A DNA stretch of 64,000 bases, taken from the human T2T-CHM13v2.0 reference genome, Homo sapiens. This document shows, piece by piece, positions 1 to 14,490 of the stretch. The stretch lies in assembly GCF_009914755.1 (NCBI RefSeq), contig NC_060940.1, one strand, 5' to 3'. Position numbers and translations under genes: made by a program. Under the pieces are notes generated by a model. That model searched no databases, had not been told where the DNA came from, and was given only the letters and a program-made list of their open reading frames with translations. The stretch's first letter is position 1; the number at the start of each line of letters is the position of its first letter.

Positions 1-271
1 TGAAACAGAAAAGGAGAAAACACAGAGAGAGACACAGAGAGCAAGGGGCCTGTGCAGCCACAGGCAGAGGAACTCTAAGAATTGCAGCAGCCACCATGAA
101 GTAGGAGAGAGGCATGAGACAGATTCTCCCACAGAGCCTTCAGAAGGAAGCAAACTGGTGACACCATGATTTCAAACTCCTAGATTCTAGAACTCTGAGA
201 CAATATGCTTCTGTTGCCTTAAGCTGCCGAGTATATGATAATCTGTTACGGCAGCCCTGGAAACAAATACA
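1..271 (+). mobile_element. MLT1-family (ERVL-MaLR) LTR, 3' portion
   Basis: Ends in the MaLR-type terminus ...TGTTACGGCAGCCCTGGAAACAAATACA; contains CCTTCAGAAGGAAGC...CTAGAACTCTGAGACAAT. Confidence 0.75.
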
Positions 272-291
272 GAGAGGATGAACAGTTGCAG

Positions 292-388
292 GTTCTTTCT
301 TTCTTTCTTTCTTTTCTTTCTTTCTTTCTTTTCTCTCTCTCTCTTTCTCTCTTTCTTTCTTTCTTTCCTTCTTTCTTTCTTTCTTTTC
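292..388. repeat. (TTTC)n/(CT)n polypyrimidine microsatellite
   Basis: Directly visible. Confidence 0.95.
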
Positions 389-1691
389 TAACAAGAGAGG
401 AACTGGGCTTGACTTGATTTATGCTTGTGTTTATGATTTGGAAACTATCCACATTCCTCGAATCCCCTTTCAGATATGTATTTCTTGCAAGCAACAGTGC
501 TTAGATCATAGACAAAGAAAGAAGATAAATGCTCTTTGGTGTTCACTTTGGTAGAGCCCTGGTATTTTTCCCAGCCTATAAACCCTCATTTATTCTAAGA
601 CCTACTTCATCGATGCTTTCTCATCACCTGCCCTCTGCAGTGGACTGACATACTTCCCAAGCAGAAGTCTTTCTCCAACCTGGTGGGCTCCAGTTGACCC
701 TTCAAGAACTAGCCCAAATGTCATCTCTACTAAGATGCCTTCCTGATTTTTCCCAGTCATTGAGCACTCACTCCCTCCTCTGTGCTCTTGAAGTACCTAT
801 TTTTTTAGAGCGCTATTCACCCTGTACTGCAAATGTAAATATGATTTTTCATCTCTTCCACTACACCAATTTTTTTAGGTGCATTTTTTTGTGTTCAGGG
901 TGGCCCATGAATTCCTATATAAAATAAACAGCGGGTCTTGTTTGCAAGGCAGGATGCTTGGTGCAGTGTCTAAGAACAATTCCAAATTCAGAAATTATGT
1001 TCCTCTCATATCTTTTTCATTCTAGCTAAGCGGCTTACTCCCCATAGCCAATCTTCCTTCCTAAATGCAATACTTTATTTGTGAAAGTGCTTTTTTTAAA
1101 AAAAGAAAAAAAGTGTGGGGGATATGGGCATTATTTTAGAGAGACTTTCTAAAGAACTATAACAAGTCTATTTGAATCTTTTATTTGGTATTAACTAGAT
1201 ATTTTATCATAAGTGAGCAGGGAGTTTCTGGTTCACTTGTCTTTATTGCTTTCTTGAATGCATTTCAACCTTTTCCATAATTCAAGTACATATAATCCCC
1301 AATCCTTTTTTCCTTCAAATTTTAACTCCTTCGCTATGTTCCTCATAACTCCTCCTGTTAACGTCTCTAAGAATTCACCGCTGAGTTGTCACCTTGAATG
1401 AATATATGCTTTGAACTCATGGTGAATTGTGCCTTTTAAATAACACTGTAACAATGGGAGTAGTTCAGCTTGTTTTACCCTTAGTCAAAATTACTTGTTC
1501 CAAGAATTTTTTTCTCCCCTTGATTCAGAGTAACCTGAGGGAGACCTGCTATGCAGCAATGGAATCTGTAATAGGTTTATCTTAGGAGGAGCTCTAGTCC
1601 CTGATCCTGGAATAATTAAGGAAATGTTCTTGATGTCCCTTTTGAATTCCTGCAAAAGGGCACAGTGAATATTCACTGCAGTTTCCTACTG

Positions 1692-1693
<2 letters not shown>

Positions 1694-1728
<35 letters not shown>
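1694..1728. repeat. (TA)n microsatellite
   Basis: Directly visible, ~17 units. Confidence 0.95.
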
Positions 1729-1731
<3 letters not shown>

Positions 1732-2549
1732 ACTTTTGCCTCTATTCTTCCAACCTATTCTGTTCAACATCTGGCACCACTGTCTTCCCCAGGCTCATCT
1801 CCTTCAACATATTTTGTGCTTTAACCACAGATAACTGTTTGGAACCTGTCTCTGTATGCCCGCATATCCCATCCTTTCCAAATGGGATGACCTTTCTCTC
1901 TTTTTGCACCAGGAAAACTCGTCCTCAAAAATCAGAAAGAAATTTTCCTTCACCATAATGCCTGATGACTCAGAGGACTTTTTTCATGCCCTGAAATAAT
2001 CTATTGAGATGTGAGTCTGTTCTTTGTTTCTTGTGCTCTAGGAAGCTCTAATAAATGAGATACACTTTTTTCTCCTCCATCAAAAGACAGTGGCTGAAAC
2101 TTTCTATTCTGAATTTAGGTTTCTAGCCTGCATGGAGCTGGGGTTAAGCTAGGACAGGCATTCTTGACGTCCCACCAAACACACTTTCATAAGCACTGTC
2201 TTAAGTCATTCTGAGCAGAGCAACTGCTTATTGTTGTCTACAGAGATGTATGCTAAGGAGTGCAGAGAGATGAAAGGATGGATTCTATCACAGGAATAGC
2301 AGGGTGAGGGTTTATGATAAAGCAAAGCCTGGTTTGGGAATGTCAGAGTGTAGAGAAAGCAGCATCAGGAGATGGGCACACTTTAAGTGGAAATAAAGGA
2401 GTCAGGAAGGAAGATGGAAAGACAGGAAATTAAATTGAAGGTGAGAGAGGTGTACAAGCCAAGATCCATCTGTAGAGTTTCTAAGGTTTGAGTCAAGATC
2501 CAAGTCTGTTCAGTGATATATTGTCTCCAGTTCTATAAAGTGATGGGTC

Positions 2550-2770
2550 AGAAAATTACCATTGTGTGAGTGTTTAATCTATGCCCAGCACAGTGTTAGG
2601 TAATTTGATGAAAGTATTTCATTTAATCACCAAGTGACCCTGTGAAGGATGTATTATTAAACACGCTGTTCAGAAAAGGACACCAAAGCTCAGAGAAGGT
2701 CTTTGAGAACCAAAATGTGAGTTCAATTTCAGTATGTCTGACTGTAAAGATGTTCTTTTTAGTCTACTAG
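2550..2770 (-). mobile_element. MIR fragment
   Basis: ATGCCCAGCACAGTGTTAGG...ATTTAATCAC...CAGAAAAGGACACCAAAGCTCAGAGAAGG resembles the antisense MIR core. Confidence 0.6.
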
Positions 2771-4229
2771 GTCATCTCGCCTTTTGAAACCAGGGATCTA
2801 GGCCATACCTGGTCTCATATAGGTATTGCCCCAGTGGTATCAGCCTCTACCTCATAGGAGAAGGACCCAGGACAAACAAAGCCTCCATCACCATTTGGAG
2901 GAACCAAATCAAGTTCTATAATGCCTAGTCCAGTCCCAACCCCTAATAAGATTCCCTCACTACCCAAGAAGGCAGTGGAGTAGTTAAAAACTTAACTGTC
3001 AACCTGGAAATTCTCTAAGCCCTTCTACCTCTCTCAGTCAATTGCTTTTCCCCAGCGTGGGAAGTAAAGTCCTGTTGACAGTCATAGGTGGAAGACTTCC
3101 ACCTCCCTTGTGGGGATCTATCTTTGGCTAACTGTGTTGAGCCTCTTCTGTCATCATTAGTGGGTTCTTTTATGGCCTCCCCTGGAGCTTAAGACTTATT
3201 GTAAGTATCAGCCCTGTTAGAGGGTTCCAGAGGGGACCATTGGAGCTTTATGGAAACTTTTCCATCTGCTAAATGACCTTGAGAAAAGAGTTTAGTTACT
3301 GACTCCCTGAACTCATCTCTCCACCTTCCCAGCCAATCTCTGGGGTGTGATTTTATGTTTCTGACATCAACTATAACTTGAGAGTTTCACTCTATGGTTG
3401 ATATAAAGTATTCATTTAATGACAGAATAAATTGGAGTTTCTGATTGACCTTGTTATATCCTTGTCAGTTAAATCAGTTCAAGTCTGGAGTGCATGCTCC
3501 CAATCTACCCAGTATGTGCCTGCCCCCTCCACCCTTACATGCACATAGATGACATTTCGTTTGCCGTCTTTCAGAGTCTGGGAAATAGATAATGGTTCCA
3601 GGCTCTAGCTCTTAAATCCCCCATCATCCATTAAGCTCCTTGAGATTACTCTGTGAATCACTATGGTTTAAGAACACCATGCCTTAAAAAAATAAATTGA
3701 TAAAAGTATGGATTTAAAGACTTTCTCAGGCTTTGTGTTATTCTACAGGTGAGACTGCAGGGGAAACTATGTCTTCATTCACCTAGGGATCACATTGGAA
3801 CCTGTGAACGACAAGACATTTGACCATCAACCCACCATTTCCACACAGAAGTGTCAGAGTTGAGAGTGAGCTGGGTGTACAAGAAGCAGCTGCAAGGCAT
3901 CAGGGAAGTCCCTGAAGCGGGATAAAGGTATGTTGCGTTCAGCAAGATTATGCTGGCATGGAACAGCAATGTGACCATAAGTAAATACCCAAAGTGTGGA
4001 TATTTACTCTAATATTTACTGTAATTATCATTTTTGTACTTGTAAAAATCATGCTACAATTATTTCTTGCAATTTCTCCATGAATGAGTATCTTCTACCC
4101 ATTCTACAGATGCTGAAACTGAATCTCATATAGTTGTATATGTCTTTGTTTTTTTAGATCCTGAGTGTGAGGCTTGACTTTTTACTTTCTATGTGCCAGG
4201 AGGTGAACTTGAGATTGGGACTGAAGTTA

Positions 4230-4527
4230 GGCTGGGTGTGGTGGCTCATGCCTGTAATTCCAGCACTTTGGGAGGCTGACACAGGCGGATCACTTGAGGT
4301 CAGGAGTTTGAGACCAGCCTGGCCAACATGGTGAAACCCCGTCTGTACTAAAAATACAAAAATTAGCTAGGCATGGTGGCACATGCCTGTAATCCCAGCT
4401 ACTTGGAAGGCTGAGGCAGGAGAATTGCTTGAATCCAGGAGGCGGAGGTTGCAGTGAGGCAAGATTGGCAACCGCACTCCAGCCTGGGCAACACAGCGAG
4501 AGTTTGTCTCAAAAAGAAAAAAAAAAG
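4230..4527 (+). mobile_element. AluS
   Basis: Full dimeric Alu with A-tail. Confidence 0.95.
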
Positions 4528-4964
4528 AGAGAGATTAGGGTTCAAGCTTGTTGAGAGTAATTTGAATGATGATTCTGCTATTGAGTTTGCCTAATGATCT
4601 TGAGCCCAGAAAGCATTAGGAGCCTAAAGTAAATAGACCCTGGAGCCAATGAGTCTGGATTTTTAGCTTGTCTTTTCTAGTCTGGAAAATGAGAAGTATA
4701 GTGTTTAGTTTCTGGAGATTTGCTGGGAAGTAAGTGAACTACTATTTTTGAATAGATGCTCAATAATTGTTGGTCTCTGCTTCTCACAGATTAGTGTCAA
4801 ATGTTCATTGTTTCTAGTATAGCAAACTGTCTCGCCCATCACCCTCTGAACTTCCACAGATGTTTATCCATACCTATCTTAGAGAACCTGGCAACTTCTA
4901 CTTGCGTTATGCACAAAACTAAGCCTAGTGCTACAAACAGTGGGAACAGGAATTCATCACTGAA

Positions 4965-5032
4965 TCTATTAGTCAGGTTTCTCCAGAGAAACAAAACCAA
5001 TAGAATATATGTACAGATGATGATAGATAGAG

Positions 5033-5071
<39 letters not shown>

Positions 5072-5594
5072 CGGATAGCTATGTTGATAGATAGATAGAG
5101 AGAGAGAGAAAGACAGATATATAGGTAGATAGATAGTTAGATAGAGATATATAAACAGATTTATTATAAGGTATTCGTTGATGCAGTTTTGGAGGCTGAC
5201 AAGTCCTGAGATCTGCAGAGTGAGTAAGCAAACTGCAGACCCAGGCGAGACAAGGGTGTCATTTCAGTCAAAAGGCCACCAGGCCTGAAACCCCAAAAAA
5301 GCAGCCAATGTCTAAGCTTCAGTTTGGAGGCAGAAAAAAGCCAATTTCCCAGTTCAAAGGCAGGCAGGCAGGAGAAATTTGGGGAAGGGTCAGCCTTTGT
5401 GTGCTATTCAGGCCTTTAACAGACTGGATGAAGTCCCCTCCCATTATGGAGTGCCATCTTCTTGACTCAGTCTAATGACTTAAATGTTAACCTCACCCAA
5501 AAGCACCCTCACAAGAATGCTCAGAATAATGTTTCACCAAACATCTGGGCACTCCATGGCCCAATCAAGTGAACACATAAACTCAACCATCACA
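4965..5594 (-). mobile_element. MLT2-family (ERVL) solo LTR
   Basis: TATTAGTCAGGTTTCTCCAGAGAAAC...AACCATCACA termini; perfect 5-bp TSD CTGAA (4960-4964 / 5595-5599). Confidence 0.85.
5022..5160. repeat. (AGAT)n tetranucleotide repeat within MLT2
   Basis: 9 uninterrupted AGAT units at 5033-5068 plus degenerate flanks. Confidence 0.95.
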
Positions 5595-7208
5595 CTGAAT
5601 AAGTGAACTTCTGCAAACTGGGCCCCATTAACTCCTCCTCTACAAACAAACACATCTTTCCTCCACCTTTGTGTTTCTCAGGCCATATTGGTTGCTCCTG
5701 CCTGCCTCCAGAGAGTTTCCTCTGGTAATAGGAGCACACGAGTTAAAAATCTTATCCTCACTTTGTAGTCACTCACACAGAGCATTAAGACCCAGTGTTC
5801 CTTGGGTTCTCCAACCAGCCTCTCTGCACCTGCTCCAGGATCCTCCTGTCATCTGGCTCTCTTCTTTCTGCCTTCTCTATGGAACCTCTGAATCCTACAC
5901 ATTTGATGCTGAAGGTCTTCCTCAAAGCTAATCAGGGTTTTTAAAATGCAGCTCAGCCCAAGTATGGGAGAAAGGAAATTGAGGCTTAAGCATAGCCAGC
6001 AACTTCCCACAGGCTACCCCGCTAAGAAACAGTGAATAGGGGATTTGAATACGCTGCATTTCTCTTCACTCCGCTGGGATTTCTCTTTTAGACCCTAGAG
6101 AAGCCAGTATTAGAAGATGAAGTGGCATCCCAAAGAAAGAAAAAGATAAACCATCAGAGGAGATAGGGATTGGAATAGAATAAAAGATAGAGAACTTCCT
6201 TCTCCAAGAGTTCTGTTTGCGTAAGTCAACAACAACAAAAAGAGGTATACTGTTATTTTGTGCGTCTAGCAGTCATAGTAGTATATTTTTAAAACAATCA
6301 TTGGGTGCGGTAACGTTAAGAAAGGCACTTCATTGAGGTTTTTGAGCCTCTAAGAGATCGACAGTCTTAACTCTGGTGAAGCCAGGTGCTCACTGGGTCT
6401 TCCCAGCATTGCCAAGCTACAGAGAGCGGAGGCTGCATCCTCCCCCCTCATCTGTACCCTCATTGCTGATTTTATGGAATCAACCACAGTGACGAATGGC
6501 TCCGCATTTGGATGGCTGTCCCAGCTCTGGTCACAGCTGAAGCTCTCTATCACTGTTGACGTATGTGCACTCTGAGAGTTCAAGTGCAATTGGCCATCTG
6601 TCCAGGAGGCTGGAGCCATCCTCAGCATTGAAATAGCAATTGAAAGAGCCAGCTCTCCTCCAGCAGGCACCTGGAGCCAAAAGCTTGTGGCCACAGCCTC
6701 ACCAGCAACTGAACGGGGCTGGGAAGGTCACCAGTTCAGCAGCAGGTAGAAGAAGGGGGTTGTGCAAAATAAATGGGAGTTCATAGCCATTACCTCTGAA
6801 AGCACCCAAGAGAAATGATTCTCCGAGTGAGTGGGGCAAAAGGCAGAGGGTGTGCTTTGTGGCTTCAGTCAAATTTGGATGTGAATATTTGCTCTACTCC
6901 CTGCAGGATGTGCGACCTTGAACATGTCACAGTATTTTCCAGTTGAAAAATTTCTTCAACTGCAAAATAGCAATAGACTCCTTTTTTCCTGCTACTCAGA
7001 CCATTGTGGGAATTACTGAGGTGAAAATTGGCTTTGTCCATTAGAGAACAATGTACTGTTGTTAGCACTGTTTCCTCGGTGTGGTCAGCTATGGCCCACC
7101 TGCACAACATAGATTTTATTGTTTATGGAGGGAAATCAGTGGGGGAGAACCAGATGGTGTGGCTCAAGCTCATTTTAGGAAAAAAGCAAAAAAAAAAAAA
7201 AATTATGA

Positions 7209-7519
<311 letters not shown>

Positions 7520-7557
7520 GATCCTTTACTTTTAATTGAAAGTGAGGCACATAATCA

Positions 7558-7868
<311 letters not shown>

Positions 7869-7884
7869 AGCCATGATAATAAAT

Positions 7885-8325
7885 AAATATTCCCTCTCCC
7901 TTCCTCAGACTTGACCAGGTCTCCCTCTCCCATGAAACCACTGTTGCTAGTTTCCTGTGTATCCTTCAAATAAAAATCAATGTGTGGACAAGAGGAGCAT
8001 TCTATAAAAGACACTTTTACTTTGTTTTTTATCACTAAGTATCTCTTGCTCCTTATCCTAACACGTGTATCTGTCTCCTCCTTTGCCTGACTGTGCAGTA
8101 TTCCAACGTATGAATGTACCATTATTTACTTTAACGGTTTCTTCCTCCGTAACAACAAGTATTTTGTTATTATAAACAATGCAGCAAAACAAACATATTA
8201 CAAAAATCATTCTTTGTTCATATATAGTAAAGGGTGGGATAAAAGCCTTGCTGAGTAATGAGACAGACACATTTATTCCCATTTTGATAAACCAATCAGC
8301 CCTTCCAGCAACAATGTATCCAGGT
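7885..8325 (-). mobile_element. Old L1ME-type 3' fragment
   Basis: AACCACTGTTGCTAGTTTCCTGTGTATCC, GTATTCCAACGTATGAATGTACCAT and TTGTTATTATAAACAATGC resemble an antisense L1M 3' end. Confidence 0.55.
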
Positions 8326-8330
8326 ATCTG

Positions 8331-8424
8331 TTTACATATAGCAGCACCAAGAGATTTTACTTTCCCCTTCATTTACTTTCCCCTTCATTTACATATAGCA
8401 GCACCAAGAGATTTTACTTTCCCC
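8331..8424. repeat. 37-bp perfect direct duplication with a 20-bp filler
   Basis: TTTACATATAGCAGCACCAAGAGATTTTACTTTCCCC at 8331-8367 and 8388-8424. Confidence 0.95.
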
Positions 8425-8529
8425 AGAGCATTTGCTCATAGTATCTATGTATATTTTCATTTATTTATGTTTTGTCTTTTTGTTTTGTTGAAGGGTTGGG
8501 GGCGGAAATGATGTCAAGATAAATGAACC

Positions 8530-8694
8530 ATGAAACCCAATTTATAAAAGAGCTACCCAGAATTGCAGCAAATGCACGGATACTCCCATCTCAAATGCAC
8601 ACCTACAACATGAGCTATGAAACCCAGTTTATAAAAGAGCTACCCTGAATTGCAGCGAATGTAGGGATACTCCCATCTCAAATGCACCCCTGCA
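8530..8694. repeat. 87-bp-period tandem duplication (~1.9 copies)
   Basis: ATGAAACCCA[A/G]TTTATAAAAGAGCTACCC... starts at 8530 and again at 8617. Confidence 0.9.
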
Positions 8695-9689
8695 GTGACA
8701 TCTGTCAGGAGCCTATGGAGACAGCTGCCTCACCCAGAAGGCCTCTTGCATTTTTATTTTTGCAAATATTCAGCAGGGATGGAGGGGACTGCATCTGCTC
8801 TCTCCACTTTCTTCCTGGAGAGAGGAGGACATGAAGGAGAACAGAAGGCAAGGACAATACATTCCACTCACATTTCTAAGAATTCCATGACCGGAAGCTG
8901 CCACAAAAATAATGCAAAAGTCTGTCACCAATCACAGATGCAAGGCCTCACAGAAAGCTCACTTGAGCTGAGAGGTGAAGTTGTTCCCTGCAGATGCTCA
9001 CATGAAAATGAGATAAATAGTGAACTCTTTGAAGGTAATTTATCCACCCCTTACTACCTGCCTTCCCAGATACACAGACAATCCTGTGTTTGCCACAAGC
9101 GGAAAAGAAAGGCGAGATAGGTTGCAATCCCTTCGAGGCTACCCCGGGTCATCTTTATCAAAATGATAAAATGTTTTGGGTCTTGGCAGCCCCCTGGGCT
9201 GACTCTGGGTTGGGCTTCCTGAGGTATTAAGGGGTGAAAGAGGTGAGTGCACGGCTCTTCCTGGGGCATCCCAGGGGCATCTCTTATGTCACCGCTGATA
9301 GCAGTTTTATCAAGATAAATCTAGTGCTGCTCTGGAAGGATATTAATAAATTATCTAGTAATGAAAAATGTGAGAGGAACCATACTCTTACATCAGGCTT
9401 GTGATGATTACTTTGATAGATGCACTGGCAAGATTTCCTCGACAAGGCAGAAATGAGAAACATGACACAGAAGCCTTTAAGGGTGACCTCAGAGGAAAAC
9501 AGAAGTTGCTGGATGATACAGAAGCAGAAAAGGGAAAACCAGAGCTCCGAGGCACCGCGTGTCAACCACCAGATGGATTAGCTCTGCTGATCAACCGATC
9601 ATGGAGTGTGGAGCCAGAAGCAGAAAGGGAGGAGAATAGAGAAATAAAAGGGAGGGGAGAAGACACAAAAGGCTTAGCTGTAGTCATAG

Positions 9690-10250
9690 CAGTGTGGGCT
9701 CTAGATTGACATGGGCATGGGTTGGAATCCCAGCTCTTTCTGGAAAATTGCTGAAACACCCTAAGCCCCAGTTTCCTCATCTGTAAATGAAAAGTATGGT
9801 AATAGCACTATGATATGGTTTGGCTCTGTGTCCCCACCCAAATCTCATCTCAAACTGTAATCCCCACATGCTGGGGGAGGGGCCTGGTGGGAGGTGATTG
9901 GATCACGGGGGTGGTTTCCCCTATGCTGTTCTCGTGATAGAGTTCTCACGAGATCTGGTTGTTTGGTAAGTGTGTGGCTCTTCCCCCTTCTCTCTCTCTC
10001 TCTTCAGTAAGACGTGCCCTGCTACCCCTTTGCCTTCAGCCATGATTGTAAGTTCCCTGAGGCCTCCCCAGCCATGTAGAACTGTGAGTACATTAAACCT
10101 TTTTTTTTTTATGTAAACTACCCAGTCTCAGGTAGTTCTTTATGGCAGTGTGAGAATAGGCTAATACACACCAAAACAGCAGAGTTGTGGGAGATTGCAT
10201 GCAATAATAATTGGAAAGCTTTGGGAAGCAGTAAGTACTCATAAACAATA
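9690..10250 (+). mobile_element. MIR split by a THE1/MST LTR
   Basis: CCCCAGTTTCCTCATCTGTAAA core before 9811; continues as GAGTTGTGGGAGATT after 10168. Confidence 0.65.
9811..10168 (+). mobile_element. THE1D/MSTA-type MaLR solo LTR
   Basis: TGATATGGTTTGGCTCTGTGTCCCCACCCAAATCTCATC...GGCTAATACA; TSD CACTA/CACCA. Confidence 0.9.
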
Positions 10251-10379
10251 GCATAATCACTTAAAGTAGTGGGGTCTATGTGAAGGGATGAGAATTGTGG
10301 TTATGTTTACTATGAAAGAAGCAGGAACTAAGAAGAAGCTGTTAAAAAGGGGGACCTGGGTGCTCAACATTCCTTGACA

Positions 10380-10800
10380 CAAATCATTGAGTTCCTGTTG
10401 CTCTGTTAGATTCTGCGGATGCTAACTGAAATTGGGCATTGCTTCATTCCATAAGGAACACAAATCCTAGTGTGGGAGACAAATGTATTAGTAGAAAAGT
10501 AATCAAAATAAAATAGAATAAGGGCTAGAAGAAAGGAGAGCACATACAAACTTACGGGTGGTTTTTGAATCAGACTGAGGGAAGGCTTGCTTGGAGAGGT
10601 AAACTTGAAATGGAATTTTGCAGGATAAATAGGACTCATCAATAGAGTGAAGAAAGGGAAATGTTAAACATGTTTCTTGTAGAGCAAATTTAAATGAAAA
10701 AAATCTGAGAATGGTATATGATTTGGTGCAATTGTAGTACAGAATGGGAACCAGGGAGCTTCCACCAAAAAGAAGAAGTTGGAGAAGTAAACCTGGCCAG
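10380..10800 (-). mobile_element. L2 fragment
   Basis: ATTGAGTTCCTG...CTAGTGTGGGAGACA...AGGGAAGGCTT...GGAGAGGTAA resemble degenerate antisense L2. Confidence 0.5.
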
Positions 10801-11116
10801 ATTAATCGAAGTCACGTTGTGAGCATGTGTGCAATAATGTAGTGAAAAATCACTGACTTTTTAGCATCTGTTTCTCCCCTATCTTAGCAACTGCTCCTTG
10901 ATTCACTTTCAGAGACTTTCCTTTCCAGCATTCCCATTGATTTGTGAGCTGCAGAACTGCACACAGAAGGCTGGGGCAGGGTGGAAGAGCAGGGAGTCCC
11001 CAGAGGCACAGTCACCTGCTAATTCTTTGCACCTGAACCTCCGTGAGTACATGGTGCAGCTCACTGAAGGCAAGGGGGCATAAGGACTAAGAGACATCTT
11101 CAAAAAATGTGAAAAT

Positions 11117-11414
11117 GGCTGGGCTCGGTAGCTCACACCTGTAATCCCAGCACTTTGGGAGGATGAGGCAGGTGGATCACCTGAGGTCAAGAGTTCAAGA
11201 CCAGCCTGGCCAACATGGTGAAACCCCCACGTCTACTACAAATGCAAAAATTATTCAGGCGTGGTGGCATATGCATGTAATCCCAGCTACTCAGGAGGCT
11301 GAGGCACAAGAATCACTTGAACTAGGGAGGTGGAGGTTGTAGTGAGCTGAGATCAAGCCATTGCATTCCAGCCTGGGCAACAAGAGTGAGACTCTGACTC
11401 AAGAAAAAAAAAAA
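11117..11414 (+). mobile_element. AluS
   Basis: Full dimer; TSD about AAAA(T)GTGAAAAT. Confidence 0.95.
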
Positions 11415-11543
11415 GTGAAAATATGCAGGTGGATTGTACAGCAGAAAGAGCTCTCCAAGGTCCAAAGAGCAGGAGCCTTGGTAGTGAAGGAGAGGGAGAG
11501 ATCGAAGAAGTCATGCTGGGACTCAGATCCCAAGCCCTGCTGA

Positions 11544-12109
<566 letters not shown>

Positions 12110-12353
12110 TAGGCAAATGTGCTCAAATTAGCTAGAGAAAAAAAGCTGATTGATAAACCCATAGATGACCCAAATGTTAGAATTAGCATAAAGCACTTTA
12201 AGATAACTACTGTCAATATGTTAAAGCATCCAGTGGAAAAAGTGAACAATATGCATAAATAGAAGGGGAATTAAAACGAAACATTAAAACATTACAAAAG
12301 AAACAACTGGAAATGTTAGAACTGAAAAATATAATAGCTCTAAGAAAGAATCC

Positions 12354-12784
12354 AAACTCAAATGCCCATCAATGATAGACTGGATAAATAAAATGTGGCA
12401 CATATACACCACAGAATACTATGCAGCCATTAAAAAGAATGAGTTCATGTCCTTTGCAGGGACATGGATGAACCTGGAAACCATCAACCTCAGCAAACTA
12501 ACACAGGAATGGAAAACCAGACACCACATGTTTTCACTCATAAGTGGGAGTTGAACAATGAGAACACATAGTCACAGGGACGGGCCCATCACACACTGGG
12601 GTCTGTCAGGGGGTGGGGGGCAAAGGGAGGGGGAGCATTAGGATAATACCTAATGCATGCGGGGCTTAAAACCTAGATGATGGGTTGATAGGTGCAGCAA
12701 ATCACCATGGCACACGTGTACCTATGTAACAAACCTGCACGTTCTGCATATGTATTCCAGAACTTAAAGTAAATTTAAAAAAAA
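12354..12784 (+). mobile_element. L1PA 3' end (5'-truncated)
   Basis: AAATGCCCATCAATGATAGACTGGATAA...AGAACTTAAAGTAAA; ORF 12372-12554 is the L1 ORF2 C-terminus; TSD about AAGAATCCA/AAAATCCA. Confidence 0.92.
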
Positions 12785-12941
12785 TCCATCAAATGAGCTT
12801 AACTGTAGCCTGAACGTAGCATAAAAATATAATAAAAAGTGAAAGGCAACAAAATTATCTATACTGATTCATCAAGAAAAAAAAAGGAGCATCACAGTCC
12901 TGCAGGACAAAAATCAAACAGTATACTATATGTTTAATTTG

Positions 12942-13271
<330 letters not shown>

Positions 13272-13952
13272 TTATCCAATTTAAAATGCAGTATCGATCC
13301 ACAAAACCCAGAAGCTTAATAAACATTAAGCAAGATAAATACAAAGCAAATTACACCTAGATACATTGTCATTCGATTCCAGAACACAAAAGACGTAGTG
13401 AAAAATCTTAAAAGTATCCAGAAAAAAAAAATACATCTTACAGCAAGAGAACAACAATGAGAGTTGGCTTATAGATACTTAATCAGAGACAAGGCAAGTC
13501 AAAAGACATTCAAATAACATCTTTGAAGTTGTAGAATTTAATTAATTAATTAACACATCTATCAACCTCAAATTTTCTACACTGTGAAAATGTCTTTAAA
13601 AATGAAAGAAAATTGAGAATATCTTCCATTAATAAGAGCTAAGAAATTTTGGCTTCAGCAGATCCATAGCAGAAGAAATGGTGATGGCTGAATGGTGGAG
13701 GCTTATATATATCTACAGGTAGGAATGCAAAAAAGTAAATATGTTGATAAATATAAACAATGATTTATTTTTATTCTTACATTTTTATCTTTTAATGCTC
13801 AAGTGAATTTTTACTTTAAATTATTGAATTAACAAATAGCTATTGACTACCTAAAGGAAGCATGATTCTAAGGTCTTGTGGGTTGACAACCCATTTAGAA
13901 AAAGCAGGTATGAAAACAATCATGCAAGAACAAGGCACAGATGGAGTAGTAT

Positions 13953-14490
13953 TGCTACAGTAGGTAGCTGGTCAGGTAGGAGCACTGCAGGAGAGGGCTC
14001 CCTCCTACACATACCAGGACTGTCAGGCCACCATCAGGTGATGGTCAGGCGGTTGCTACAGTGTCTCTCTAAAGTAATAATTGGTCACAGCTGGCGTCAG
14101 GAGAAGGTGTGCTCCTAATTGATAGAAAATATCTGAAACTGGTGATCAGCAGCTTCCTGATAAGATCTCAGGAGTGGGAAGAAGTAACGCAAGTAACACA
14201 TCCTTCCGGGTAACATCCTGGAAGTATGCCAATGTAGAAAACCCCAAGGCAAGAGGTCAAGCCGTGCACTTGGTCGCTCAAGTGGCCTGCCTGGCCCTCT
14301 TTCAAGTGTACTTTCCTTCCTTTCATTCCTGCTCTAAAGCTTTTAAATAAACTTTCACTCCTGCTCTAAAACTTGCCTTGGGTCTCTCCTTCTGCCTTTT
14401 GACCATCAGTCGAATTCTTTCTTCCGAGGAGACAAGAATTGAATTGAAGTTGCTGCAGACCCTTGTGGATAACTACTACCACTGCTAACA
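13953..14490 (+). mobile_element. MER84/MER83/MER50-group ERV1 solo LTR
   Basis: TGCTACAGTAGGTAGC...CACCATCAGGTGATGGTCAGGCGGTTG...GATAAGATCTCAGGAG...CTAACA; internal AATAAA; TSD GTAT/GCAT. Confidence 0.75.

Noticed and set aside
1372-1428. Short imperfect hairpin (AATTCACCGCTGAGTT / AACTCATGGTGAATT) as a pre-miRNA
   Set aside because: The stem of ~15 bp with a 26-nt loop is too short for a Drosha substrate, and there is no other support.
1663-1678. 16-bp perfect palindrome CAGTGAATATTCACTG
   Set aside because: About one such palindrome is expected by chance in 64 kb.
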